From positions 1 through 63,842 of the IMG/VR virus record IMGVR_UViG_3300009960_000001: a stretch of 63,842 nt of DNA; one strand, written 5' to 3'. The notes beneath the pieces were generated by a model. It made no database searches. It saw nothing but the letters and a program-made list of their open reading frames with translations, and was not told the DNA's origin. Positions within the stretch are counted from its first letter, which is position 1. Each line of letters opens with the position of its first letter. Origin of the DNA: a virus. Below, piece after piece: positions 42,701-53,403 of the stretch. The position numbers and the translations under genes were made by a program.

Positions 42701-43151
42701 CATTTCTAAAATCACAGGTGATGAGCTCCTGAGGGAGTTTGCAGAAGTTGTGTATAATGTTGCTCTTGAGTCTAGGGCAGAGGTATCCAGAGCCACTGGA
42801 GCTCTTAGAGAGAGTACCCAGATAAAGCGCACACGAAACGGCTTCTCTGTGTCAGTAAGTGCTGATACGCTAAGAGAGAAGTCGAAGCAAGATAGGTTCT
42901 ATGCGGCTACATATATGTTAAAGGGATACCCTAAATCAGGGCTACCTCCCTTCAACTATATTGAAAATGCCACAAAGATTATGGGAGGACAGCTCCTTCC
43001 ACTCTCTGTGTCAAGTATGTCAGCTAGACAGCCTAGTGGGCGTAGAGGCTCAGGTATTGGTACAAGCACCGATATAGGTAAAGAAGTGCTAGAAGAATGG
43101 ATTAGTGCAAACAAAGGTAAGTCAAGGATTATAAGGAGTCTTAGAAGGTGA
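42693..43151 (+). CDS. Hypothetical head-tail joining region protein
   Basis: 152-aa ORF. Confidence 0.55.
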   Translation: MTDISKITGDELLREFAEVVYNVALESRAEVSRATGALRESTQIKRTRNGFSVSVSADTLREKSKQDRFYAATYMLKGYPKSGLPPFNYIENATKIMGGQLLPLSVSSMSARQPSGRRGSGIGTSTDIGKEVLEEWISANKGKSRIIRSLRR

Positions 43152-43720
43152 TTAGTAGTATTTATATCAATATAAAGAAATGGTTACAGCTCTATGGCTA
43201 CGAGGTCCTAGACTACTTTATCCAAGTGGATAATAAGAAAGAAACCGACCCAAGGAAACGTTACAGAGAATTTGATGAGCAATTCAATGTTCATGTAGGG
43301 ACTTCTGAACACTATGAGAATAATCAAGGCTGGGATACTCCCTTCTTGGCGATAGACATTGTGCCAGACCCCCTAAACAAAGGCTGTTTTAAACGGTATA
43401 TAGTTAACTTCTCTGTGTATTACTCTTCTGTGACACCTACTACAGGTAGACGTTGTATAGAGAATACACCAGAGGGCAAGCTAGAGTATCGTGACGGTGT
43501 GTATCAGGCTATATGCGAAATGATATATCATCAAGTTAAGACAACAAGAGGCTTGAAAATGAAGACCTTCGCTGATGATGTAGCTTCTAAAGACGATTGG
43601 TACTTGCCAATAAAAGTAACCCCTGTGAAATTTGGGGACTTAACAGACTTTAGCAGTGAATTGACAGATGAGGTTGGAATGTTCAGCTTCCCAATAACTT
43701 TATCAATTTTTGAATGTTAG
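43148..43720 (+). CDS. Hypothetical head-tail joining / tail-terminator region protein
   Basis: 190-aa ORF. Confidence 0.55.
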   Translation: MISSIYINIKKWLQLYGYEVLDYFIQVDNKKETDPRKRYREFDEQFNVHVGTSEHYENNQGWDTPFLAIDIVPDPLNKGCFKRYIVNFSVYYSSVTPTTGRRCIENTPEGKLEYRDGVYQAICEMIYHQVKTTRGLKMKTFADDVASKDDWYLPIKVTPVKFGDLTDFSSELTDEVGMFSFPITLSIFEC

Positions 43721-43729
43721 GAGAATATA

Positions 43730-43954
43730 ATGGCAAATCGTTTGTCTTCCGCTGATGTAGAGCGTTTCTACATGACACGAAATGAACTGGCTTCTCAAGG
43801 TAACTCCCGTTTGGAGCTTGAAGCAATGTCACTTGTTCGTGAATATTTGGCTAACTACCAAGATGAAACACCTAGCACTCCTGTAGCACCTAGCGGTCCT
43901 GTGATTGGTCCTGCTAATAAAGCTACAGAAGAAGAAGGAAAAGAAAACAAATAA
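43730..43954 (+). CDS. Hypothetical small protein
   Basis: 74-aa ORF. Confidence 0.5.
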   Translation: MANRLSSADVERFYMTRNELASQGNSRLELEAMSLVREYLANYQDETPSTPVAPSGPVIGPANKATEEEGKENK

Positions 43955-43967
43955 GGAGTTACACTAA

Positions 43968-45389
43968 ATGGCTTATTCATCTACCAATATGTCACACCCT
44001 TTGTACGGCTTTAACAAGCAAGATAAGAATGACATTATCACAGTAGGAGTTACTGAGGAAATTCGTCCAAGTGTTCGTTTGAAAGCTAACCGACGTATCG
44101 CAGTCGATACAGGTACTGAGGTAGGTTTTGACGCTAACAAAGTTCCTCAAGACCAAATCAACTGTGGACCTATTAAGTGTTTGAACACAGGTACACTGTT
44201 TGTAAAACACGCTAACAAGAAAGCAAAAGTTCGCTACCAAATCCGTTCTCACCCAGACAAGTATGCTCTTGGTTTCAACATGATTTATCTGAACTTGCCT
44301 AAGGCTGGTACTTACACACTTCGTGCTAAAGTATCTGACTACGCTGACGCAACTCAGACTAACTCATTTACCTACGCTTACAAGTTCGCTGTGACTGCTC
44401 CAGGAGAAGTCCTACGTACAGTAGACTTTACTGACATTGTATCGCTGAATGACACTGCTAATGGCGGTGGTCAAACAGGTACTGGTTGGTATCCAGAGTT
44501 CAAGAATGGCAAGCTGACTGGTAAGCCAAGTGCTAAATCAGCAGGTATTACAATTTCTTATGAGGTTGAAGCTTCTGCTGATACTGAACTGGAAGAAACA
44601 GCTCAAATCGGTTTCAGCTCAATCTACATTGTAGGTGACCGTTCAGAGCTTCGTAAGTTCTCTAACGTACTGTTGTCTTGCTTGACTTCATTCACACATA
44701 ATGTCTCTGTGCCAGCTTCTGACGCTCGTTGCTTCGGACGCCAATATGACGCAGAACAGATTGAAGTAACCAAGGAGATTACAGCTACAACTACTTCTGC
44801 TAACGATTACTGGTTGAACCCACTTGAAAGTGTGTCTAATCTGGTAACTAGTGGTATTCCTCAGACTGATACCTATGTGGTTGATGAGGTTACTGTAGAT
44901 GGCAAGAAGTACGGTGAGATTTACCTCCCAGACTTGTACTTTGGTGACTGTAACACAATCATTATCTCACTTGACCGCTGTGAGTCTACTTACCTCTCAA
45001 TGCTTCCTGTGTCACCGGGTGTAAGCCTTCGTGCTGATGAGTTTATCGTCATTACTGACCAAAAACTTGCAACACCTCGTGGAACAGTCCTTGTGAGCGA
45101 AGACTACATTGGTGAAGAAGTCCTTGTGACTTACAACGCTGAGCGTGAAGTTGAGCTGATTGTAGCAAATGACAAACGTCTTGACAAGACACACTTCCGT
45201 GTGACTCAACACGTTAAGGATACTAAAGGTAATGACCGCTACTACGTATTTAACAATGTTCTTATCACAGAGAACTCTCGTGAATACGGTACAGATAGTG
45301 AAGTTACTCTGTCCTTGACACTGACAGTCTCACGTGACGATAACGGCAATTTCTACGAAGTTCGTAAGGACAGCGGAGACTTAGCCTAA
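43968..45389 (+). CDS. Putative major tail structural protein (by position)
   Basis: 473 aa immediately upstream of the tape measure gene. AAGGAG RBS. No motif recognised. Confidence 0.4.
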   Translation: MAYSSTNMSHPLYGFNKQDKNDIITVGVTEEIRPSVRLKANRRIAVDTGTEVGFDANKVPQDQINCGPIKCLNTGTLFVKHANKKAKVRYQIRSHPDKYALGFNMIYLNLPKAGTYTLRAKVSDYADATQTNSFTYAYKFAVTAPGEVLRTVDFTDIVSLNDTANGGGQTGTGWYPEFKNGKLTGKPSAKSAGITISYEVEASADTELEETAQIGFSSIYIVGDRSELRKFSNVLLSCLTSFTHNVSVPASDARCFGRQYDAEQIEVTKEITATTTSANDYWLNPLESVSNLVTSGIPQTDTYVVDEVTVDGKKYGEIYLPDLYFGDCNTIIISLDRCESTYLSMLPVSPGVSLRADEFIVITDQKLATPRGTVLVSEDYIGEEVLVTYNAEREVELIVANDKRLDKTHFRVTQHVKDTKGNDRYYVFNNVLITENSREYGTDSEVTLSLTLTVSRDDNGNFYEVRKDSGDLA

Positions 45390-45407
45390 TAATTAGAAGG
45401 AGAAGTT

Positions 45408-48400
45408 ATGGTAGTTCGTACTATCGGAGTTAATATTACAGGGGCAGAAGACGTTCAGCGTGTTCAGTCGCTCCTTAATGGACTAAAGAAACAGGTAGGC
45501 GAAGTCAATAACCTCCTCAAAAAGGAACTAGGGGCAGGCAATAAGTCTGCCTCTTTTAAGGTTAATATAGGGTTCTCTACAGCACAGTTCCAGCGTGAAT
45601 GGAGTGCATTTAAGAAGAGAGTAGCACCTACACTAGAGGTCAAAGTAAAGCTCACTGGTGATAAAGGTAACGGCACTGACCCCTTAGAGAATATGAATGA
45701 TGGGGCTAGACGATTTATGTCTAACTCCCAATCTCTAAGGACTCAGCTTAACACCATCGGAGGAGCTCTTGACGGGCTCTCTAGCAAGACTTTAACCCTT
45801 GGCAAGGCTCTTGGGGCTCTGGCTATCGGAAAGGTGCTAGGAGGCAATCTACGCTTCTCTACGGGTATCTTTGGGTCAATGCTTAAAGAGATTAACACAG
45901 TAAGGAATGTTTTACAGAAGGGCTTTACAGTCGGCAAGATTGTTACTGCACCAGCTGTGAAAACTCTTACTGCTCTTGGTAGCCTAGGAAGTAAAGTTGG
46001 AGCTACCTTTGTGAGACACTTTAACTCAGCGTTATCTAACCTTGGACGTGGTGTTATTCACATGAATAGCTTCCAGAATATCTTCAACCGTATTGGTCAG
46101 ACGATTAACCGAGGTGTGCGGAGTATCGTACAGCAGACCAAAGAGCTTGGTGACGCAATGGTTACTTATGAGACACAGATGGCTTCATTTGGACAAGACA
46201 GAAGTACTACAGAAGCTGTGGCTCAGGAAATCTCTAGGTATGGAGCGGCGACTGCCTATAACGGGGCTGACTTGCTTCGTAATACTGGTTACTTTACAGC
46301 CCTTGGAGTACAAGACCCTGTGAAGCTGACTAAGGCTATTGCTGGTCTGGTTGCTACAAATAAAAACCCTATTGACGACTTTGCTGGGGTAGCTAAACAG
46401 CTTACTGACGCATTACAGGCAGGTAAGTTGAACTGGCAAGACTTCCGTATCATTCAGTACCGTCAGTCCCCTGTGGCAACACGTTTGATTGACGAGGAAC
46501 TTGCTAAACGTGGCTATCTTCAAGATGATAAGGGCAACCCTGTGAACAAGCAGACGGCTATCCGTAAGGGGTACTTGTCTCTTGAGAAATACTTGGAAGT
46601 CCTCACAGAAGTGGGTAACAGTGACGCATTACAATCACTGACAAATACTATCAAGACACCTAAGCTTGCTTGGGATAACTTGCTTGAAAATATTGGTTTG
46701 AAGGCTAGTGGTGCTGTAGGAGCAGAAGGTCCTTTGAAAGGGCTCTATGATAGTATCGTTGACTTTATCAAGGATATTACTGCTCTTGTAGAGAAGTCAG
46801 ACCCTGTGTGGCAGTATGTAGGTGAGAAATCACAGAAGGCTGTTGCAGGTATCCGTGGTTACTTCTCTGAATGGAATAAAGCTTTCTCTGAGCAACTTAA
46901 GGTAAGCTTGCCTACATTCCTTAATGGAGTTGAGGGAGGATTTTCTGGGGGCAGAGTAGCCCAAGGACTTAATGAGATTACACAGGCTTTACTGGCTATG
47001 GGTAATGCAACAACCTCACAGAACCTCGGTAGAGGGCTTTCTGAGGTAGCATATCAGTATGAACGCCTTGTGTCTAAGTTTATCTCACTAGGACAAGTTA
47101 TGCTTGATAATGGAGCTCTCGATACCGTGGCTAACTTTATTGCCCTCTATGGGGATATGGTAAGTCAGGTAGCTAACAGCTCTGTGATTAAGAATAGCCT
47201 GACCTTTATTAACTTTATCATTGATGAGGTCAAGAAGACTGTCAATAATGGAGCTCTTGTGAATGGAGCTGATAGAGCCTTTACAGGTCTGTTAGACTTC
47301 TATACACAGCTTGTGTCCTTGGCTAGTCTGTTTATCAATGATACACCTATTGTAAGTAAAGGACTAGAGTATGCAGGTCAGGTACTTACAGCCATGGCTA
47401 CAGCAGTATCCTCTGTGAAAGACCTAGCAAACAATATGCTCAATGGAGGAGCTTCTGGCAACTTCAAGAAGGGGCTTGAGTTAGGTTTCCAACAAGGTGT
47501 AAGTGGTTATGGAGAAGACCCTAGAGGTCTTGGACGTACAATCCTATTTATTCAGAAAGTCAGAAAATTCTTTGAAGACTTGATGAAGGAGTATAACAAC
47601 CTATTTAATACCTTCCAGTATGCTAACCAAGTAGGGGCTGAAAAGTACGGAGTCAAGATTGGCAACTTCATAGGTGAAGTGGCTAATATCTTTGGTAAGA
47701 TTATTGAGTGGTTTGAGACTAAGATTAAACAGCTTAATGGTCGGATTAACTTCCATACTATTAAGACCCTTGTGGAAGAAGTAGGTAAAATGTGGCTCTC
47801 TGTGGTCAACATGCTTACGGACACGGTTACTAAGTCTATTGGCTCTTTACCTAAAGGACGGCTAGAGCAGGGCATGAAGAACTTCTCTTCTGTGTTCCAG
47901 AATATGCAGAAATCGCTACAGCCTATCTATCAGGAACTTCTCACAGGAGCTCTTAAGAGTATCACAGGAAACACTGCCAAGAAGCTGTTTCAGGCAATGG
48001 CTGACTTTGTGAAAGCCGTTGTGTCAATGATTAGAGATATTATCAAGTATATTGGACATGGCTCTGTAGAAAGCGGATTTAACTCAATCCTGAAATTCTT
48101 TACTAATATCCTAAACTTTATGACTGAGATTGCTAAGTTCATGGGACAATATCCGGGACTTACCACAAGCCTATTAGGTCTTGTAACTATCTTTGGTGTG
48201 ATAGGTAAAGTGCTAGGTTCAGCAGCGAAAATGGTTTCTGTTGCTAACGCTCTTGGGCTAGGTAGTCTAGCTTCTGGAGCTGGGGGTATTGCTGGAGGAG
48301 GTCTTTTAAGTACGACTCCTATAACCTCACTTCTTGCAAACTCCGAAGGTAATGCCTTACAACAGTTACTTGCTAGAGCAGGTACTCCTGCCCTTAACAG

Positions 48401-49952
48401 TGCCGGATTGAAGGTTGGCGCATTTGGAGCTTCTCCTATAGGAGCTATCGCTTCTTTAGTTGCTCAGATGATTGCAGACCCTGTGCAAAGAGCTATTGGA
48501 GGACATGGAGGGGCTACCGTAGGAGGGGCACTTAAGACAGCAGGAGCTGGTCTTGGCTTAGCCGGAGCAACCTTCACAGGAGCTTCTCTAGGTACAGCTG
48601 TGTTCCCCGGAATTGGTACTGCTATTGGTGCTTTACTGGGAGCTATTACCAGCCTGCTTCTTGGAGGAGGTAAGAACCTCATGGACGGTATTGAAGGGCT
48701 TCTTACCGGTTACAATGATGAGTACCGTAAACAGGCGGCGGAAAATGCCAAGGCTATTAGAGAGAACGCAGAGGCTGTGTCAAGAGCTAGGGCAGATGAG
48801 CATACTACACGTGATGTTTTAGGTTCTAAGGTAACCCTTGGTGGGTATCTCCAAAACCTGACAGATATGCAGAAGAAAGTGTTTGGTAAGCTTCAACAGA
48901 ACTTCACAGACGCTACAGCATATATGCAGAACTCTATGCAACTGTTAGAGCAAGCAGGAGCTACTGACTCTGCTACTATGAGACAGACTCTATTTGACCT
49001 CGGATATAATGCACAGAAGCCTCTTAAGGACATGCAGGGCACTTATGTACGCATAGGTGAGGAATTGATGTCTTGGGAGCAATTAAAGGCTCAGAATGGC
49101 TTATATGGCTCTGAGGGAGACGAAATCTTGTCTGCATTGCTTAACCAAGTAGCTATTGCTCAAGGAAGACAGTTTACTGACATTGTAGATGAGCAAGGAA
49201 ACTTGATTACACAAATGGACGCTTACCGTCAAGGTGCTCAAAACCTCACAGAGGAAAAGAGAAGAGAGCTTCAACAGAAACTCATTGACGCCGGTGTGTC
49301 CCGTGACCAAGTCCTACAACTTCCTGATAAAGCCCTTGAGTTCCTTGTGAGTCAGTATGATACATACACAAACACAATGGACGCTGAGAAGAAGAAGGCG
49401 GAAGATGAGGAGAAGGAAAGCAAGCATAAAGGAGACTTGAGTGACGCTTGGACTCGGATAAAGAATGGTGTGAAAGCTGTCTGGGAATGGGTTACTGGTA
49501 TCTTCGATGGGATTGGTGAGTGGATTGCAGGTGCTCTTTCAGGACTCACTGGAGGAGACTCCGATAAAGCCAAGAAGGAGTATAAGAAGAATAAGAAGAA
49601 AATACCTTCTGGAGGTACTCTTCTATTCTCTACAGGTGGTTTTGTGAACTACCTAGCCCAAGGAGGAAGTCCTCTACTTGGAGGAATTTTCCAACCTAGA
49701 GGTACTGACACTATACCTGCAATGCTTACGCCGGGTGAGTATGTTCTCCGTAAGAGAGCTGTGGATAGCCTAGGAACTAATTTCCTAGATAACCTAAACC
49801 GCTTCGGTATTGGTGCTCTTGGAGGTAACAGGACAACTACAGTAGTGAATAACTACTATAACAACAATGCAAGTGTTAATCAGAATATTGATAACAAGTC
49901 CAACTACCTGAACGGTATGTATGGACTGGATAGATTGATGAGGTATGTTTAA
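45408..49952 (+). CDS. Tail tape measure protein
   Basis: 1514 aa, helical and Gly/Ala-rich, with a hydrophobic Gly-rich segment. Largest gene in the late arm. Confidence 0.8.
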   Translation: MVVRTIGVNITGAEDVQRVQSLLNGLKKQVGEVNNLLKKELGAGNKSASFKVNIGFSTAQFQREWSAFKKRVAPTLEVKVKLTGDKGNGTDPLENMNDGARRFMSNSQSLRTQLNTIGGALDGLSSKTLTLGKALGALAIGKVLGGNLRFSTGIFGSMLKEINTVRNVLQKGFTVGKIVTAPAVKTLTALGSLGSKVGATFVRHFNSALSNLGRGVIHMNSFQNIFNRIGQTINRGVRSIVQQTKELGDAMVTYETQMASFGQDRSTTEAVAQEISRYGAATAYNGADLLRNTGYFTALGVQDPVKLTKAIAGLVATNKNPIDDFAGVAKQLTDALQAGKLNWQDFRIIQYRQSPVATRLIDEELAKRGYLQDDKGNPVNKQTAIRKGYLSLEKYLEVLTEVGNSDALQSLTNTIKTPKLAWDNLLENIGLKASGAVGAEGPLKGLYDSIVDFIKDITALVEKSDPVWQYVGEKSQKAVAGIRGYFSEWNKAFSEQLKVSLPTFLNGVEGGFSGGRVAQGLNEITQALLAMGNATTSQNLGRGLSEVAYQYERLVSKFISLGQVMLDNGALDTVANFIALYGDMVSQVANSSVIKNSLTFINFIIDEVKKTVNNGALVNGADRAFTGLLDFYTQLVSLASLFINDTPIVSKGLEYAGQVLTAMATAVSSVKDLANNMLNGGASGNFKKGLELGFQQGVSGYGEDPRGLGRTILFIQKVRKFFEDLMKEYNNLFNTFQYANQVGAEKYGVKIGNFIGEVANIFGKIIEWFETKIKQLNGRINFHTIKTLVEEVGKMWLSVVNMLTDTVTKSIGSLPKGRLEQGMKNFSSVFQNMQKSLQPIYQELLTGALKSITGNTAKKLFQAMADFVKAVVSMIRDIIKYIGHGSVESGFNSILKFFTNILNFMTEIAKFMGQYPGLTTSLLGLVTIFGVIGKVLGSAAKMVSVANALGLGSLASGAGGIAGGGLLSTTPITSLLANSEGNALQQLLARAGTPALNSAGLKVGAFGASPIGAIASLVAQMIADPVQRAIGGHGGATVGGALKTAGAGLGLAGATFTGASLGTAVFPGIGTAIGALLGAITSLLLGGGKNLMDGIEGLLTGYNDEYRKQAAENAKAIRENAEAVSRARADEHTTRDVLGSKVTLGGYLQNLTDMQKKVFGKLQQNFTDATAYMQNSMQLLEQAGATDSATMRQTLFDLGYNAQKPLKDMQGTYVRIGEELMSWEQLKAQNGLYGSEGDEILSALLNQVAIAQGRQFTDIVDEQGNLITQMDAYRQGAQNLTEEKRRELQQKLIDAGVSRDQVLQLPDKALEFLVSQYDTYTNTMDAEKKKAEDEEKESKHKGDLSDAWTRIKNGVKAVWEWVTGIFDGIGEWIAGALSGLTGGDSDKAKKEYKKNKKKIPSGGTLLFSTGGFVNYLAQGGSPLLGGIFQPRGTDTIPAMLTPGEYVLRKRAVDSLGTNFLDNLNRFGIGALGGNRTTTVVNNYYNNNASVNQNIDNKSNYLNGMYGLDRLMRYV

Positions 49953-51052
49953 TGGGATATAGAGGCGAAAATGTAAATAAGCCTAGACGATATATTCAGT
50001 ATAACGACCTTGTGTTCACAGGGACACGAAGCATACAAGAGCAAGCTGAGAGTGTAGCCTTTAGAGTTAATTCAACTCCAAGGGCTTTCACTCATGGCGC
50101 TTTTGTAGGTAATAGAGGTGATGAGCTACTTGTAGACACCCACACTATCAGCTTCAAGATGGCTCTGAAAACAAATACATGGAGTGATGAGAATATCCGT
50201 GTGCATTATGACTTCATAGTCCACCAGCTCACAAGAAAGGGCAAGCTATGGGCTGTTGATAGTGGAAACCAACTTATTTGGTGTCATGCCTACTGTACTA
50301 GTATGCAACAGCAGAAAGAGTGGACGCTTACTGACAACGGCTACCTTGTGTTACAGGTTGAGTTTAATAATGCAGAAGGCGTTTGGCACAAGGCTAGTGA
50401 GCACAAGACTTACTTTGATAGGTTCGACCTGTGTAGCTTTACTCAGATGAAAGCAGATTGCCTTAAATCACGTTGCTGTGATGATAGCCAGCCTTGCTCA
50501 GAGTGTGAGTGCTGTAATGATAACTGCTCGGCTATGAAAGACATGATTGACTACTGCTCAGCTGTTCAGGACATAGACTTCAATGATGAGTTCTTTGACC
50601 TCTGTGACAGTAAGTGGAGAGTGGTTCATAACTGCCAAAAGGCTAGAATTGATGGCAAGACACTGCCAGAACTCTATGCTCATGCCCTCTGTGACCTCTG
50701 TGTAAATGGGGAGCTTCACAAGACGTTTCAGGCTGATACAGTGCTAGATAGCACTCAGTGGAGAGTAGGACTATTCGGACATTTCAAAGACCCAATTATC
50801 ACAGTAAACAATACCAATATCAAGGTAAAGGGTGAATACAACGGGGTTCTTACACTTGACCAAAGAGGGAATGTACGGTATGCTAGTAGTTGGGAATGTC
50901 TTGAGTATGACTACAAGGTTGTCAAGCTAGATAACTTGTCTTACTGTGAAGGACCATTCAGAATTATTAAAGGCAGAAATACCATAAATGTATATGGTGT
51001 ATTATCAAGCACAGCCTGTGCTTATGTAGATTACGAAAGGCTTACACTATGA
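49952..51052 (+). CDS. Distal-tail-protein-position protein with a Cys-rich insertion
   Basis: 366 aa directly after the tape measure gene. Contains CLKSRCCDDSQPCSECECCNDNCS. Confidence 0.45.
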   Translation: MGYRGENVNKPRRYIQYNDLVFTGTRSIQEQAESVAFRVNSTPRAFTHGAFVGNRGDELLVDTHTISFKMALKTNTWSDENIRVHYDFIVHQLTRKGKLWAVDSGNQLIWCHAYCTSMQQQKEWTLTDNGYLVLQVEFNNAEGVWHKASEHKTYFDRFDLCSFTQMKADCLKSRCCDDSQPCSECECCNDNCSAMKDMIDYCSAVQDIDFNDEFFDLCDSKWRVVHNCQKARIDGKTLPELYAHALCDLCVNGELHKTFQADTVLDSTQWRVGLFGHFKDPIITVNNTNIKVKGEYNGVLTLDQRGNVRYASSWECLEYDYKVVKLDNLSYCEGPFRIIKGRNTINVYGVLSSTACAYVDYERLTL

Positions 51053-52299
51053 TAGGGAAAATTATAAATGGAGGAGACGGTTCAAGAGACCAGCTATTAT
51101 TGCCTGAGGATTTCTTAGGTGACTTTTCGCTAGACTTTAACTTGATGGAAGTTCCGTCAATTCCAATTACTATCCCTTCTAAGTATGCTAAGCTACTGAC
51201 TGGAACAACTCAAATTAGTCTGTCTAGTGATGATTGGAACTTTCTAGGCACTGTGTATGAGAAGAGGACAAACCACAAGACAGCAACCTGTACTGTGAGC
51301 CTCACTCATATAGTAGGACTTCTTGACAAGAAAAACCTCCCGACTAATGTTACCTTTAAAGATAGCACAGTTCAGGAGGTTGTTAAGAAGGTTAAGGAAT
51401 ACTGGAAGGACGCTAAGAATGACCTAGTAAACCTTATGAAATTTGAGTTTGTAGACAAAGTTGAACGCAAGATAGAGTATGAGTTTTCACAAGAAACGGT
51501 CTTACAGTTCCTTACGAAGCTCTGTGAGAAGACACAGGATATGCAATGGCGCATAGATAAGAAAGACCCCTTCAAGGTGACGTTCTCAGCCATGGGAGCT
51601 AAGAAGGAAGTCATGATTTCTCCTGAAACCTATCTGATTGACCTTGGAGAAGTTCAGGAAAGCTTCCAAGGAGTTATGAACTCTGCTGTGGTCCGTTCAG
51701 ATAAGGCAGACGCAGGAGCAAGTTCATTGACACTTCGGGACATATTCCATGACAAGAAACTCATGATTGAAGGCTTCCCTGTGATTAAGACAGATAGACC
51801 TGTAAACTCACAGAGGCACTTTGACTACCCACCACTCCCTGTGTTTGCTACTGATATGTCAGAAGATGAGTATGCTATCCTAGATGAGGAAGGAATTGCC
51901 CTCGAAGCAGGAGAACTCTACTGGGGTAGCATTACTACTAATGACACACAGGCGATAGCTGGTGAGAATAAGGAAGTGTCTGATGAGGACCGTATTAAAG
52001 CCACTGTGCAAATGTATAAGTCGGCTATTAGGAAGATGAGAGCTTCAAGGAGGAAGGTTATATATCCTGTGACTACTTCACCTCTGCCAGCAGGGGTTCA
52101 GGTAGGAGACAAAGTAAAATTTGTCCTAGGAGTAGACCTTGTGGAGCTAACACCTTGCAGTAAATACTATACTAAAGTGCTCAGAGCAAATGACTGGTTT
52201 TATGTAAACAAGATGAGTTACCAATACTCTACAGGAAATTCACTTGTGCTTAATTTGGAGCTAAGTAAGTTCTTATCAGTGGATAGAGAGGTGACTTAA
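51049..52299 (+). CDS. Baseplate hub / tail-tip-position protein
   Basis: 416 aa; second gene after the tape measure. Confidence 0.45.
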   Translation: MIGKIINGGDGSRDQLLLPEDFLGDFSLDFNLMEVPSIPITIPSKYAKLLTGTTQISLSSDDWNFLGTVYEKRTNHKTATCTVSLTHIVGLLDKKNLPTNVTFKDSTVQEVVKKVKEYWKDAKNDLVNLMKFEFVDKVERKIEYEFSQETVLQFLTKLCEKTQDMQWRIDKKDPFKVTFSAMGAKKEVMISPETYLIDLGEVQESFQGVMNSAVVRSDKADAGASSLTLRDIFHDKKLMIEGFPVIKTDRPVNSQRHFDYPPLPVFATDMSEDEYAILDEEGIALEAGELYWGSITTNDTQAIAGENKEVSDEDRIKATVQMYKSAIRKMRASRRKVIYPVTTSPLPAGVQVGDKVKFVLGVDLVELTPCSKYYTKVLRANDWFYVNKMSYQYSTGNSLVLNLELSKFLSVDREVT

Positions 52300-52889
52300 T
52301 GGACGCTGTAACTAGGTTAGTAAACACAGTAAGAGATACTAGAGAGAGGGTTACACAATCAAGCCGTCAAAGGCGTGGAGGTGTAACCGACCTCTTTGGT
52401 GTTGACTATGTAGACACAATACGGAACACAGAGGAAATGGTTGGTGATAAGAAGAAAGAAGCCAACTACCACCTCACTGTGTCAGGGGATTTAGACAGGT
52501 TTCAGCGCTGGTTTCTTAAAGTTATTGTTACAAATAACAAGGGAGATAACTCAGAGCAGGAACAAGAGGGTGTTCGCCCTATGTCTGATGTCCACTTAGA
52601 AGTCTTTGCACACAATGCAACTACAGGACACAGTGAGACGATTGACCTGACACCTTTCCTAAAGGCTATATGGAAGTGTAACTGGATTGCAGACGCTAAA
52701 GGCGGAGAAGGTATCTTCCCTAATGGTAATCCCATGGAAGGATATGACCTGATGAAGGTTGCATGGTATCTCAATGACAAGCAGAGAGAAGCCTTGTATA
52801 GCCCCGGAGAAAAGATATTCTCTGTGAAAGCACTAGGAGACGCAACAGTGACATTGCGCCTTTATTTGAAATTTAGTCACATAAACTAA
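52299..52889 (+). CDS. Hypothetical tail-tip protein
   Basis: 196-aa ORF. Confidence 0.5.
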   Translation: MDAVTRLVNTVRDTRERVTQSSRQRRGGVTDLFGVDYVDTIRNTEEMVGDKKKEANYHLTVSGDLDRFQRWFLKVIVTNNKGDNSEQEQEGVRPMSDVHLEVFAHNATTGHSETIDLTPFLKAIWKCNWIADAKGGEGIFPNGNPMEGYDLMKVAWYLNDKQREALYSPGEKIFSVKALGDATVTLRLYLKFSHIN

Positions 52890-52890
52890 T

Positions 52891-53106
52891 ATGTACGATT
52901 TTAAGGATTTATATAATAAACACAAACATTACACAGAGAGGTTAGACCGGCTAAGGGTTAAGCAATTTAAGGTGGAACAGCACCTAGAGGCTCACCCACA
53001 GGACTATACCGCTGTGATTGATAACATGAAGTTAAAGAGTGAGATATACAGGGAAGAGAAGAGAGTACAGCAGGTACTTATGATGATGGAGGTTGTCTTT
53101 GAGTAG
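52891..53106 (+). CDS. Hypothetical small protein
   Basis: 71-aa ORF. Confidence 0.45.
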   Translation: MYDFKDLYNKHKHYTERLDRLRVKQFKVEQHLEAHPQDYTAVIDNMKLKSEIYREEKRVQQVLMMMEVVFE

Positions 53107-53401
53107 ACTAGAATACCTATACCTAATCAGGACTACTATTCAGAAGCTAATGCTAAGTCTAATAGAAGACAGGGATTTATTTTTAGCAGGACATATTTTA
53201 GAGAAGGGTTGCTATGATAGTTTAGCCTTCTTGAATTATGATGTTAAAAAGTCAGTAGCCATAAGTATATGCAATAATAACAGTGTTATTTATTGTCCTG
53301 TTGATGATTATTCAATAGCTGAATATGGCTATTTGTACTTCCCGACTACGGAACTTTTTGCTTTGTGTGAAAGTTTACTGAAAGACAATAATGGTGTATA
53401 A
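53093..53401 (+). CDS. Hypothetical protein
   Basis: 102-aa ORF. Confidence 0.45.
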   Translation: MSLSRLEYLYLIRTTIQKLMLSLIEDRDLFLAGHILEKGCYDSLAFLNYDVKKSVAISICNNNSVIYCPVDDYSIAEYGYLYFPTTELFALCESLLKDNNGV

Positions 53402-53403
53402 TT

